From the NCBI RefSeq assembly GCF_000015585.1, contig NC_008789.1, forward strand, positions 210,001 to 242,000: a stretch of DNA of 32,000 nt, in the 5' to 3' direction. Shown one piece after another: positions 17,239 to 24,617 of this stretch. A program made the translations under genes and the position numbers. Position 1 is the first letter of the stretch. Each line of letters begins with the position of its first letter. The notes under the pieces were generated by a model that was given only the letters and a program-made list of their open reading frames with translations, had not been told where the DNA came from and did not search any database. This DNA is from Halorhodospira halophila SL1. Its GTDB lineage: Bacteria; Pseudomonadota; Gammaproteobacteria; Nitrococcales; Halorhodospiraceae.

Positions 17239-18087
17239 TCATCGCCGCGCCACCCGAGGCCCTTGGTGGTCGGTACCGGAGCCCAACGGATGCTCGCTGT
17301 CGGCCTTTTCAGCCTTGCGCTCCTGCAGGCGCTGATACCAGAGGCTGTCGCGGTGGCTGTCCACCTCCAGCTGCTGGCGCAGTTGCTCCACGAGTTGACT
17401 CGTCTCGTCGGACAACGTGCCGTAGCGCTCCTGCCACTGCTCCAGTGTCTCGCGGAAACGGCCGTAGGCCTCCAGCGGGTCGCTGGGCCGCTCGGCCGTC
17501 TGCTCATCGACCCGCTCGGCCTGGGCGCGGGCGCTCGCCGTAAGCGCCCCGCCGCTCTGGCGGTCGGCATAATCCACCAACAACGCCGCCTCGCGCCGGC
17601 GCAGGGGGCGCCCCTGTTCGACCACCCGCTCGCGATAGACCCGACACGGCCGGCTGTGCAGGCACGCCTCGCGGACCCCGAGCAGATCCTGCGCACGATC
17701 CGCCAGCTCATCCCGCTCGGCCTCCAGTTTGCGCAGTTCCTGGCCCCGGGCCAACGTCCAGGCGGCGAACGCCAGCCCGCCGGCCAGCACGCCAACGGCC
17801 AGCGCCCCCCAGGCGAGCACCGGCACGCCCGGCGGTGCCAACCACGCCGCGAAGACGATCCCCAGGAGCACCAACGGCACGGCGATCAGGGCGGCGCGGG
17901 CCTGACGCTCCAGAGGCTGATGCTCGGGCTCACGGTCCGAGGCGAGACGACGGAAGGTATCCAGCAGGGTCCGGTCCCGCACCCGGGCCAGGAACCGATT
18001 CATGTCGTGGAGTTCGGGCGGGGTAGCCCGCTCGATGAGTTCGTCGTGGAAGAGCTGCGGCGGTTTTCGAGGCACCCGGACCTCCAC
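17239..18087 (-). CDS. Hypothetical 2-TM membrane protein with long charged/coiled-coil C-terminal region
   Basis: GTG start with GGAG 8 nt upstream. Two adjacent TM helices (ALIAVPLVLLGIVFAAWL, LAWGALAVGVLAGGLAFAAW) are followed by an E/R/L/Q-rich helical region. Of the three overlapping ORFs here it has the most protein-like composition. I recognise no family. Confidence 0.6.
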   Translation of the reverse strand: MEVRVPRKPPQLFHDELIERATPPELHDMNRFLARVRDRTLLDTFRRLASDREPEHQPLERQARAALIAVPLVLLGIVFAAWLAPPGVPVLAWGALAVGVLAGGLAFAAWTLARGQELRKLEAERDELADRAQDLLGVREACLHSRPCRVYRERVVEQGRPLRRREAALLVDYADRQSGGALTASARAQAERVDEQTAERPSDPLEAYGRFRETLEQWQERYGTLSDETSQLVEQLRQQLEVDSHRDSLWYQRLQERKAEKADSEHPLGSGTDHQGPRVARR

Positions 18088-18159
18088 GGCACAGGCTCCG
18101 CCCCGGATCGGCGGGTACCGATGGATCCCCGGGCGGGAGAGAGGGATCCCCCAAGGTCA

Positions 18160-18193
18160 CCGGCGCCGGTTCAGCGCTCCGAACCCGCGCCGG
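18160..18193 (-). other. GC-rich stem-loop between the small acidic ORF and the 2-TM gene
   Basis: CCGGCGCCGGTTC-(8 nt)-GAACCCGCGCCGG forms a 13-bp stem with one mismatch. There is no U-tract, so it is not a classical terminator. Confidence 0.3.
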
Positions 18194-18208
18194 ATCACCG
18201 TTGGGAGG

Positions 18209-18370
18209 CTACTCGGCGGTGCGCTCCGCCTCGGTGGCGTCCTCACCGCGGGCGTGCTCGGCGTTCTGCCCCTCCGCCTGCACGACCTCGGCGGACTCGT
18301 CTTGATCCTCGGTCCGGCGATTGACCTCGCGGACGTAGTTGCGCTGCGCATTGACCATGCATCCGAACAT
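18209..18370 (-). CDS. Small highly acidic hypothetical protein (53 aa)
   Basis: The ATG at 18370 follows AGGGGATAGG. About 90% of third codon positions are G/C. The product is MFGCMVNAQRNYVREVNRRTEDQDESAEVVQAEGQNAEHARGEDATEAERTAE. It lies upstream of, and on the same strand as, the 2-TM gene. Confidence 0.45.
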   Translation of the reverse strand: MFGCMVNAQRNYVREVNRRTEDQDESAEVVQAEGQNAEHARGEDATEAERTAE

Positions 18371-18437
18371 TGTCCTATCCCCTTTATTGGCTGCCCCGGC
18401 CGATAGATCAGCACAGCTGGCTCCCCATTTCAAACGG

Positions 18438-18466
18438 TTGAGCGTCTCTTTCAGCGCCTCTATATT
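18438..18466 (+). promoter_or_regulatory. Candidate sigma-70 promoter for the zinc-ribbon-like gene
   Basis: -35 TTGAGC, an exact 17-bp spacer and -10 TATATT. It lies about 35 nt upstream of the ATG at 18501. Confidence 0.4.
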
Positions 18467-18500
18467 CCATCATTACACACGCATACATCAGGAGGGCCGC

Positions 18501-18740
18501 ATGCCGACCTACGATTACCGCTGTCCCAGCAATGGCGCCCGACTCGAGGTCCGCCACGGCATCGAAGAGCAGGTCACGACCTGGGGGGAACTCTGCCGCC
18601 TTGCCGGTCAGGGGCCCGGGGACACGCCGGAAGACGCCCCGGTCGAGCGTCTGATCACCGGCACCGGCTATATCAGCAGCGGGAATCGCTCCGAGCCGGA
18701 GCCGGCGGGGGGATGCTGCGGGGGGGTGTGCGGCCTCTAG
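18501..18740 (+). CDS. FmdB-family-like small protein (putative regulatory zinc ribbon, degenerate Cys knuckles)
   Basis: SD AGGAGGG precedes the ATG at 18501. The N-terminus MPTYDYRC and the Gly/Cys-rich C-terminus GGCCGGVCGL resemble the TIGR02605 family. However, the two CxxC knuckles are reduced to a single Cys. Confidence 0.6.
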   Translation: MPTYDYRCPSNGARLEVRHGIEEQVTTWGELCRLAGQGPGDTPEDAPVERLITGTGYISSGNRSEPEPAGGCCGGVCGL

Positions 18741-19108
18741 GCTTCTCAGCACAAGGGCCTCGCGCCCCGCCTCACCGGCGACCGGCCGCCACTTAACCGA
18801 ACGCTATCCAGCACCGGCCCGCGCCGATCTGAATCGGGGCGCTCCAATCTGGTGTGCTCTTCGGCTCCCCAAAACGATTCGAAGACGGGGGGTTAAGCAC
18901 TAGAACGACAACCGCGATCCATCGCGACGCGCTGAATGACCCGCTTGACGGCAAGCCAATTGTATTCCATTCTATTTATCTATTGTTTAGTTGTATATCC
19001 GTGGAAGAAACCCACTCCACCAGAAAACGCCTCAAGGCTGGATCGGGCCCGACGACGCACCGCGAGCCCTAAGCCGCAAGGCTGACCACCTTGTGAATAG
19101 GAGGAACA

Positions 19109-19525
19109 ATGAGTGAGCTGTCACTGACCTGGCTCCAGGATGCCTATCCAATCCGCAGCCTCGAGCTGCCCAAGGGCGCCCCGGGCCTGAGCTCTGCCGA
19201 TGATCTGTTGGCGAAGCTGCGCAGTCGGGTTGAAGCCGACGAACGCGTCGCCTACATCGCCACCTTCGACCACTACGAACACACCGCTAGCCTGCCCGAT
19301 GGTGAAATCGCCGCAGGCATTCACGACGCCAAGAACTTGGTGTTCTGCGTTGGCCGGCGCCTCCCCATGGCCTTGGCCCCTGCCGTTCGCCCCCGCTCGA
19401 TCGGGGTGGTGACGTTGGACGACCGCTTTGTCGTCAGCTTCATGGAGTCACCGATGCCTCTGGCCAACGAAATCATGACCCAGTGGCTCCACGAACTCGC
19501 CGAGGAGGTGAAGGCCGAGGCCTAG
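19109..19525 (+). CDS. Hypothetical cytoplasmic protein (138 aa), no family recognised
   Basis: A strong SD (AATAGGAGGAACA) precedes the ATG. Composition is protein-like. It lies 61 nt upstream of the transporter gene on the same strand. Confidence 0.7.
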   Translation: MSELSLTWLQDAYPIRSLELPKGAPGLSSADDLLAKLRSRVEADERVAYIATFDHYEHTASLPDGEIAAGIHDAKNLVFCVGRRLPMALAPAVRPRSIGVVTLDDRFVVSFMESPMPLANEIMTQWLHELAEEVKAEA

Positions 19526-19586
19526 ACCGCCCGAGCCACCGACTCAGCGATCCACAATCGCAACGCCGCCAGGGAGTAACTACCCC

Positions 19587-20675
19587 ATGTGGTCCATCCT
19601 CTACGCCCTTCAGAAGCGACTGACCTGGGCCATACCGGCCATGCTCGCGCTGGGTTTCCTCTACGGCGCTCTCCTGCCGGAAGAGCCGCTGCGCTGGCTG
19701 ATCCTGCCGCTGACGTTCCTGATGGTCTACCCGATGATGGTCACCCTGCGCGTATCCCACCTGACCGGGTGGGATGACCTGCGCGCGCAGCTTCTGACCC
19801 AGGGCGTCAACTTTGCAGTCATCCCCTTCATCGCTTTCGGTCTGGGGCTGCTGTTCTTCGCGGATCAGCCCTATATGGCGCTCGGGCTCCTGCTGGCCGG
19901 CCTGGTGCCGACCAGCGGCATGACCATCTCCTGGACGGGCTTCGCGGGCGGCAACCTCGCCGCAGCGGTGAAGATGACGGTCCTCGGCCTGCTGATCGGG
20001 GCGCTGGCGACCCCCTTCTATGTCGAGGCCCTTCTGGGCGCCCAGATCGACGTGGACTTCTGGGCCATCGCCCAACAGGTGCTCGTGATCGTTGTCCTGC
20101 CCCTTGTCCTCGGCCTACTCACCCAGCGCGCACTGGTGCGCCGCTTCGGTCAGGAAGACTTCCGCAATCGCTGGGCGTTTCGCTTCCCGGCACTCTCCAC
20201 ACTGGGCGTGCTGGGCATCGTCTTCATCGCCATGGCCCTCAACGCGGAGACGATCCTCGCGGCGCCCGAGCAATTGCTCTACATCCTGATTCCCGTCGCC
20301 CTGCTCTACGCCATCAACTTCCCGCTCAGCACGGCGCTGGGCAAGGCACTCCTGCCCCGCGGTGACGCCATCGCCCTGGTCTACGGCACGGTGATGCGCA
20401 ACCTCTCCATTGCCCTGGCGATCGCCATGAACGCATTCGGTGCCGAGGGCGCCAACGCCGCTCTGGTGGTGGCCATCGCCTTCGTCATCCAGGTCCAGGC
20501 CGCCGCCTGGTACGTGCGGGTCACCCGGCGTGTCTTTGGCCCGCCCGACGACGAGGTGCGCGAGGCCCGTCGGTCGGATACGGCCGAGTCTGCCGACAAC
20601 GGCGGCGCTCAGGGGAGCGTCGGGTCGGAAACCGGAGCAGAGAGCGAGTCGGGCTCCCGGCGGCCCTCGGGCTGA
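19587..20675 (+). CDS. Bile acid:Na+ symporter / ACR3 (arsenical-resistance-3-like) superfamily transporter with disordered acidic/Gly-Ser tail
   Basis: About 10 TM helices. It has PLTFLMVYPMMVTL and LLLAGLVPTSGMTISWTGFAGGNLAAAV, which resemble the BASS/ACR3 signature regions. I cannot separate the subfamilies by eye. Confidence 0.8.
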   Translation: MWSILYALQKRLTWAIPAMLALGFLYGALLPEEPLRWLILPLTFLMVYPMMVTLRVSHLTGWDDLRAQLLTQGVNFAVIPFIAFGLGLLFFADQPYMALGLLLAGLVPTSGMTISWTGFAGGNLAAAVKMTVLGLLIGALATPFYVEALLGAQIDVDFWAIAQQVLVIVVLPLVLGLLTQRALVRRFGQEDFRNRWAFRFPALSTLGVLGIVFIAMALNAETILAAPEQLLYILIPVALLYAINFPLSTALGKALLPRGDAIALVYGTVMRNLSIALAIAMNAFGAEGANAALVVAIAFVIQVQAAAWYVRVTRRVFGPPDDEVREARRSDTAESADNGGAQGSVGSETGAESESGSRRPSG

Positions 20676-20798
20676 CAGCCCAACCCCGCCGCCGGGCAGG
20701 CCGCAACACCGCCGACCCCTTCCAGCGCATGCGCGGTCCCGAGGCAACCCCCGGGCTCGGCTATCGGTACCGCGCTGAACAGGCGTATGGCTGAGTCC

Positions 20799-21311
20799 TC
20801 AGGGGTCGGCGCGGCCATCCCGATCGGTGGTATCGCGCAGGTACTCGGCCAGCCTTTCGTAGCCGGCATCGTCAGCCTCTTCGATGGCATCCCGCTCGTG
20901 AACAGCATCCGCGAGTTCGGGGTCGGCCCCGCCCTCGACCAACCGCTCCGCAAGGTCTCGCTCGCCCTTCCGGGCGGCCAGATGCAGCGCGCTGAGTCCT
21001 GTCTCGTCCTTTGCAGCCGGATCCGCGCCGCGGTCTAACAACCAATTGGCCATCTCCGTATGCCCATGCTGAATTGCCCGCATCAGTGCGGTTGTACCGC
21101 ATGGCTCTTCCACATCGATGTCCCCACCGAGCAGCAACCACATTCGAGCCATACCGAGGTTCCCTTCGTACGCCGCGGCAACAAGCGGAGTGCGGCCATG
21201 CGCGTCGCGGGCTTCCGGATCCGGGATCGCGCGAACCAGCGCGATGACCACCAGCACCAGGACCAGCACCCGAAAGGGATGATCTGCGATTTGCTGCTGT
21301 ATCCACCTCAC
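20799..21311 (-). CDS. Ankyrin-repeat protein with N-terminal hydrophobic anchor/signal
   Basis: Three ankyrin repeats are visible (GRTPLVAAAYEGNLGMARMWLLLGGDID; GTTALMRAIQHGHTEMANWLLDRGADPA; GLSALHLAARKGERDLAERLVEGGADP). The N-terminal segment is FRVLVLVLVVIALV. Confidence 0.85.
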   Translation of the reverse strand: MRWIQQQIADHPFRVLVLVLVVIALVRAIPDPEARDAHGRTPLVAAAYEGNLGMARMWLLLGGDIDVEEPCGTTALMRAIQHGHTEMANWLLDRGADPAAKDETGLSALHLAARKGERDLAERLVEGGADPELADAVHERDAIEEADDAGYERLAEYLRDTTDRDGRADP

Positions 21312-21340
21312 GATGCTCGATCTCCATCCTCGGTCTCATA

Positions 21341-21697
21341 TCAACTGTGTCCATGTATCTGTTGCTCCGGCGGGAGCGTGGGCAACGTACCCCGGAAGTA
21401 TCGGCGCACTGCCTCTTCCGGATCCGTCACGCTGGTGGCGACCGCTTCCACACCGTGGCGTTCCATCCGCGCCACAAAATTAGGGCCCATGCTCGCAGCG
21501 ATGACGACGTCGTATGCGTAGATCGGATGTCCCGGCGCATTCCCCCAGTGGTGCAGCGTATGATCCTTAGGCAGTTCCAGACGATCGATCAATCGGGGTT
21601 CGCCACCGGACCCAGCTTCGTAGATCAAAAACCGGCGCGTACGCCCTGCATGAGGAGTCACGGTACGCTGGTTCTGACTTGCGACGGCTATACGCAA
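21341..21697 (-). CDS. NifX/NifB-C-terminal family (dinitrogenase FeMo-cofactor-binding domain, Pfam PF02579-like) protein
   Basis: TTG start 8 nt after AAGGAGGA. The product starts MRIAVAS and contains V..HAGR...F.IYE and D.VIAASMGPNFVARMERHGVE, typical of this small alpha/beta domain. Confidence 0.8.
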   Translation of the reverse strand: MRIAVASQNQRTVTPHAGRTRRFLIYEAGSGGEPRLIDRLELPKDHTLHHWGNAPGHPIYAYDVVIAASMGPNFVARMERHGVEAVATSVTDPEEAVRRYFRGTLPTLPPEQQIHGHS

Positions 21698-21792
21698 GGG
21701 ACATTCCTCCTTAGCACCGACACAACCAATCCTGGGCCTTTGGCGCCCATCCCAGTAGGTTACAGCCCACCTGGTTTACTATCGATCTATTG

Positions 21793-21821
21793 AAAATATT
21801 TATGTTGAAAATAGAAGTCAA
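21793..21821 (-). promoter_or_regulatory. Candidate sigma-70 promoter for the NifX-like/ankyrin operon
   Basis: On the minus strand: -35 TTGACT, a 17-bp spacer and -10 TATTTT. It sits inside the AT-rich spacer. Confidence 0.35.
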
Positions 21822-21874
21822 ACCTGGGCGCTACCACCCGAACCGTCGGAAAGCACACGCGCCGGCGACAGCCC

Positions 21875-21902
21875 TTGACGCATAAATGGGAATCGTTACT
21901 AT
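21875..21902 (+). promoter_or_regulatory. Candidate sigma-70 promoter for the ABC transporter operon
   Basis: -35 TTGACG, a 16-bp spacer and -10 TACTAT. It lies about 36 nt upstream of the ATG at 21938. Confidence 0.35.
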
Positions 21903-21937
21903 CCGCACTATTGTTCTATCCCTACATGGAGTGTTCG

Positions 21938-22915
21938 ATGAAACGCCTCGCACTCTTCTTCGCCGGCCTGCTCGGACTCCCGATGGTCGCCACCGGCACC
22001 CCGGCCACCGACTCGCAAGAGATCCGGGTTGGCCTGCCCCCCGATCCGAATGCGGTACCGCTGTTCATCCTTGAGCAGCGCCAGGACGATCTGCTCCCCG
22101 ACTTCGAGCTCGAACTCGTCCGCAACCCCGCGGGCGATCCGTCGGCGATGCGCGCCATGGTGCAGGACGGCCGCATCGATTTCGCCTTCTTCAACCTCAT
22201 CGGCGGCGTCCGCTTCGTCGAGGGCGGCCTCGAACAGCTTGAGCTCGTGGCCCCGTGGGTCTGGCAGGGCATCTACCTGCTCACCCCGGCGGATCGCAGC
22301 GAGCCTGAGAAAGCGGACGGCCGCCAGGTCTTCGCGGCTCCCGGCGTCTCAACACCGCCCCATGTGGTTACCGAACGGGCCCTTGGCGCACGGGGCATCG
22401 AACCGGAGTTCGCCAGCACCGGGGCCGGCATGGCGCTGCTGGCCCAGGCCCGTCACCCACAGCGCGCCCCCGCAGGCATTGCCGCCCCAGAGCCGCTGGT
22501 CAGCCTGATCCTGCACCGCCAGGAGGCTGAAGATTGGGAGCAACAGTGGGCCATCGGCCTCGATCCCGCCGAGGATCTGGAGGATCAGCTCGACGTTCGC
22601 GTGCCGCTGGGTGCCATCTGGTCCGTCGGGGATCAGGCGAACCAAGAACAGCGGGAGGCCCTGATGGACGGTGTGGAAGCGGCGACCGCCTGGCTGACGG
22701 ACCCCGAGAACCAGGAAGAGGCTGCCGAGATGGCCGCCCAGCGCTTCGATACCTTCTTCGATATGCCTATCCCGGAGGCGGCACTGTTGCGCATGCTCCG
22801 TACCGAGCGCGTGACGTGGGAGCCAGCCGACGATCAACCAACCCGTAAGGCCGTCGATACCTACCTCCGCGAGGTATTCGACATCGAGCCACCCGATGGG
22901 GTGCTGTCACAATGA
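21938..22915 (+). CDS. ABC transporter periplasmic substrate-binding protein (NitT/TauT, NMT1/SsuA-like)
   Basis: The internal ATG at 21938 gives MKRLALFFAGLLGLPMVATG, a signal peptide. Its position ahead of the cognate permease and ATPase supports the call. The family assignment rests on size and context and is moderate. Confidence 0.75.
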   Translation: MKRLALFFAGLLGLPMVATGTPATDSQEIRVGLPPDPNAVPLFILEQRQDDLLPDFELELVRNPAGDPSAMRAMVQDGRIDFAFFNLIGGVRFVEGGLEQLELVAPWVWQGIYLLTPADRSEPEKADGRQVFAAPGVSTPPHVVTERALGARGIEPEFASTGAGMALLAQARHPQRAPAGIAAPEPLVSLILHRQEAEDWEQQWAIGLDPAEDLEDQLDVRVPLGAIWSVGDQANQEQREALMDGVEAATAWLTDPENQEEAAEMAAQRFDTFFDMPIPEAALLRMLRTERVTWEPADDQPTRKAVDTYLREVFDIEPPDGVLSQ

Positions 22916-23673
22916 GCCGGCGGCGCGTCTGGTCCAGCTGGCCGCCGTGGGCTGGACTGCTCGGTGTCGTCGCCCTATGGATGGCCGCCGCCCACCAGGT
23001 TCCGGACTCCATCCTGCCGGACCCCTGGGTGGTCACCCTGGAACTGGGTGGCACCCTCCACTCCGGCGACCACTGGGCGAACACCGGGGTCACCCTGCGC
23101 AATGTTGTGGTCAGCTTCTTGCTCTCGCTGCTTGGCGGCGTCGCATTGGGGCTCTGGGCGGCACGCTCACCTACCCTGCAAAGGGCCCTGCACCCGATCA
23201 TCGTCCTGATCGAGGCAGCCCCTCACATCGCCTGGCTGGTCCTCGCCGTCCTCTGGCTGGGCATCGGGGTCGGTCCGCCAGTGCTGGTGGGTGTCAGTAT
23301 GGCCCTGCCGCTGATCTACATGGCCACCAGCCACGGGATCGCGCAGATCGATCGGGGCATCATGGACATGGCCCACATCTATCAGCTCGGCTGGTACAAG
23401 CGCCTGACCCACATCCTGCTCCCGCACCTGGCGCTGACCCTCGCCGGAGCCGCGTCGGGGGCGTTATCGGTCAGCTGGCGTGCCGTGATCATGGCCGAGG
23501 CCTTCGCCAGCGATGCGGGTCTGGGGCAGTCCCTCTGGGGCAGCTACCTCTACGGCGAGGTCACAGCCGTGTACGCCCAAGTCCTGTGGATTGTGCTCCT
23601 CGGCCTAGCGCTGGAGTACCTGCTGATCCACCCCGGTCGACAACTCATCGAGCGACGCCTTCAACATGTCTGA
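22912..23673 (+). CDS. ABC transporter permease (NitT/TauT family)
   Basis: ATGA overlap with the SBP gene. It has 6 TM helices and an EAA-like loop (DMAHIYQLGWYKRLTHILLPHL). Confidence 0.88.
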   Translation: MSRRRVWSSWPPWAGLLGVVALWMAAAHQVPDSILPDPWVVTLELGGTLHSGDHWANTGVTLRNVVVSFLLSLLGGVALGLWAARSPTLQRALHPIIVLIEAAPHIAWLVLAVLWLGIGVGPPVLVGVSMALPLIYMATSHGIAQIDRGIMDMAHIYQLGWYKRLTHILLPHLALTLAGAASGALSVSWRAVIMAEAFASDAGLGQSLWGSYLYGEVTAVYAQVLWIVLLGLALEYLLIHPGRQLIERRLQHV

Positions 23674-24445
23674 CGGTACCCACCCCATGCAGCTCATGCA
23701 TCACGCCCCCCCATGCACGCACCAACCCGTGGTCGCCCTGGACGGCATCAGTCGCATCTTCGCGGGTGGCGGCGGGCTATCCCCGGTCGATCTGGCCGTC
23801 TCCCCCGGAGAGGTGGTCGGCGTCACCGGTGCCAGCGGCTGCGGCAAATCCACCCTCCTGCGCCTGATCGCCGGGCGCGAGACCGCGAGCAGCGGCGCCA
23901 TCGAACGGCATTACAGCCGCCTCGGCATGGTCTTCCAGGAACCCACCCTCCTGCCCTGGCTCACCGTCCAGGGGAATGTGGAACTGGTCCTGAGCCCATC
24001 CGAGCGACCGCGCGCGCGAGAGGCGCTGCATCACGTGGGACTCGAATCGGCAGCGAGCCAATACCCGGCGCAGCTCTCCGGCGGCATGCGGCAACGGGTT
24101 GGCATCGCCCGGGCGCTGGCCGGACACCCGGACCTGCTCCTGATGGACGAACCCTTCTCCAGCCTCGATTACATCAACCGGGCCGAGCTGCTTGAACTGG
24201 TGCGGGAACGGGTGCTGGGTGCCGGTGTGGCTGTGATCTTCGTCAGCCACGACGTCCGCGAGATCGTCCAGCTCTGCCACCGCATCCTGGTGATCGGCGG
24301 CACACCGGGGCGGGTTCAGGCCGAGCTACACCACCCGGCTCCGGCGCACGGCCCGCAACGCCGTCCCGGCGCCCTGGCGAACCTGGAGGAGCGCGTCCTC
24401 GCCGCTATCCGCGGCCATTCCGAAGCGAGATGTAGCTGCTCGTAA
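23666..24445 (+). CDS. ABC transporter ATP-binding protein (NitT/TauT family)
   Basis: It overlaps the permease stop. Walker A GASGCGKST, Q-loop FQEP, signature LSGGMRQRV and Walker B LLLMDEPFSSLD are present. Confidence 0.9.
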   Translation: MSDGTHPMQLMHHAPPCTHQPVVALDGISRIFAGGGGLSPVDLAVSPGEVVGVTGASGCGKSTLLRLIAGRETASSGAIERHYSRLGMVFQEPTLLPWLTVQGNVELVLSPSERPRAREALHHVGLESAASQYPAQLSGGMRQRVGIARALAGHPDLLLMDEPFSSLDYINRAELLELVRERVLGAGVAVIFVSHDVREIVQLCHRILVIGGTPGRVQAELHHPAPAHGPQRRPGALANLEERVLAAIRGHSEARCSCS

Positions 24446-24446
24446 T

Positions 24447-24536
24447 TGGCGGAGAGGGAGGGATTCGAACCCCCGGAGGGCGCATGCCCTCACCCGATTT
24501 CAAGTCGGGTGCTTTCGACCGCTCAGCCACCTCTCC
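24447..24536 (-). tRNA. tRNA-Ser (anticodon UGA), class II with long variable arm, CCA encoded
   Basis: The reverse complement folds as GGAGAGG acceptor / D-arm / CCCGA-CUUGAAA-UCGGG (anticodon UGA) / 18-nt variable arm / GGGGG-TTCGAAT-CCCTC / CCTCTCC-G-CCA. Confidence 0.95.
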
Positions 24537-24617
24537 TCGCCGCGCGATGTTACCGCACGGCGGGCAGACGCACCAACCGAGTCGATCTCAAAGGCCGCGC
24601 AGAACCGCCGGGCGCGG

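Noticed and set aside
16440-18324. ORFs 16440-17795 (-, 451 aa) and 17212-18324 (+, 370 aa) overlapping the EAL gene and the 2-TM gene.
   Set aside because: The first is antisense to the EAL motifs. The second has an Arg/Pro/Gly/Gln-rich composition typical of antisense frames. The 17239-18087 minus frame has TM helices and balanced composition.
18501-18740. The idea that the Cys-rich C-terminus (GGCCGGVCGL) marks a RiPP/thiopeptide-type precursor.
   Set aside because: No cyclodehydratase, radical-SAM, lanthipeptide synthetase, protease or export genes are adjacent. The N-terminus matches the FmdB-type small-protein family instead.
18854-19072. 72-aa plus-strand ORF inside the AT-rich spacer.
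   Set aside because: It has no SD and its codon third positions lack the G/C bias seen in real genes here. It spans the AT-rich core, which looks regulatory. I treat it as non-coding.
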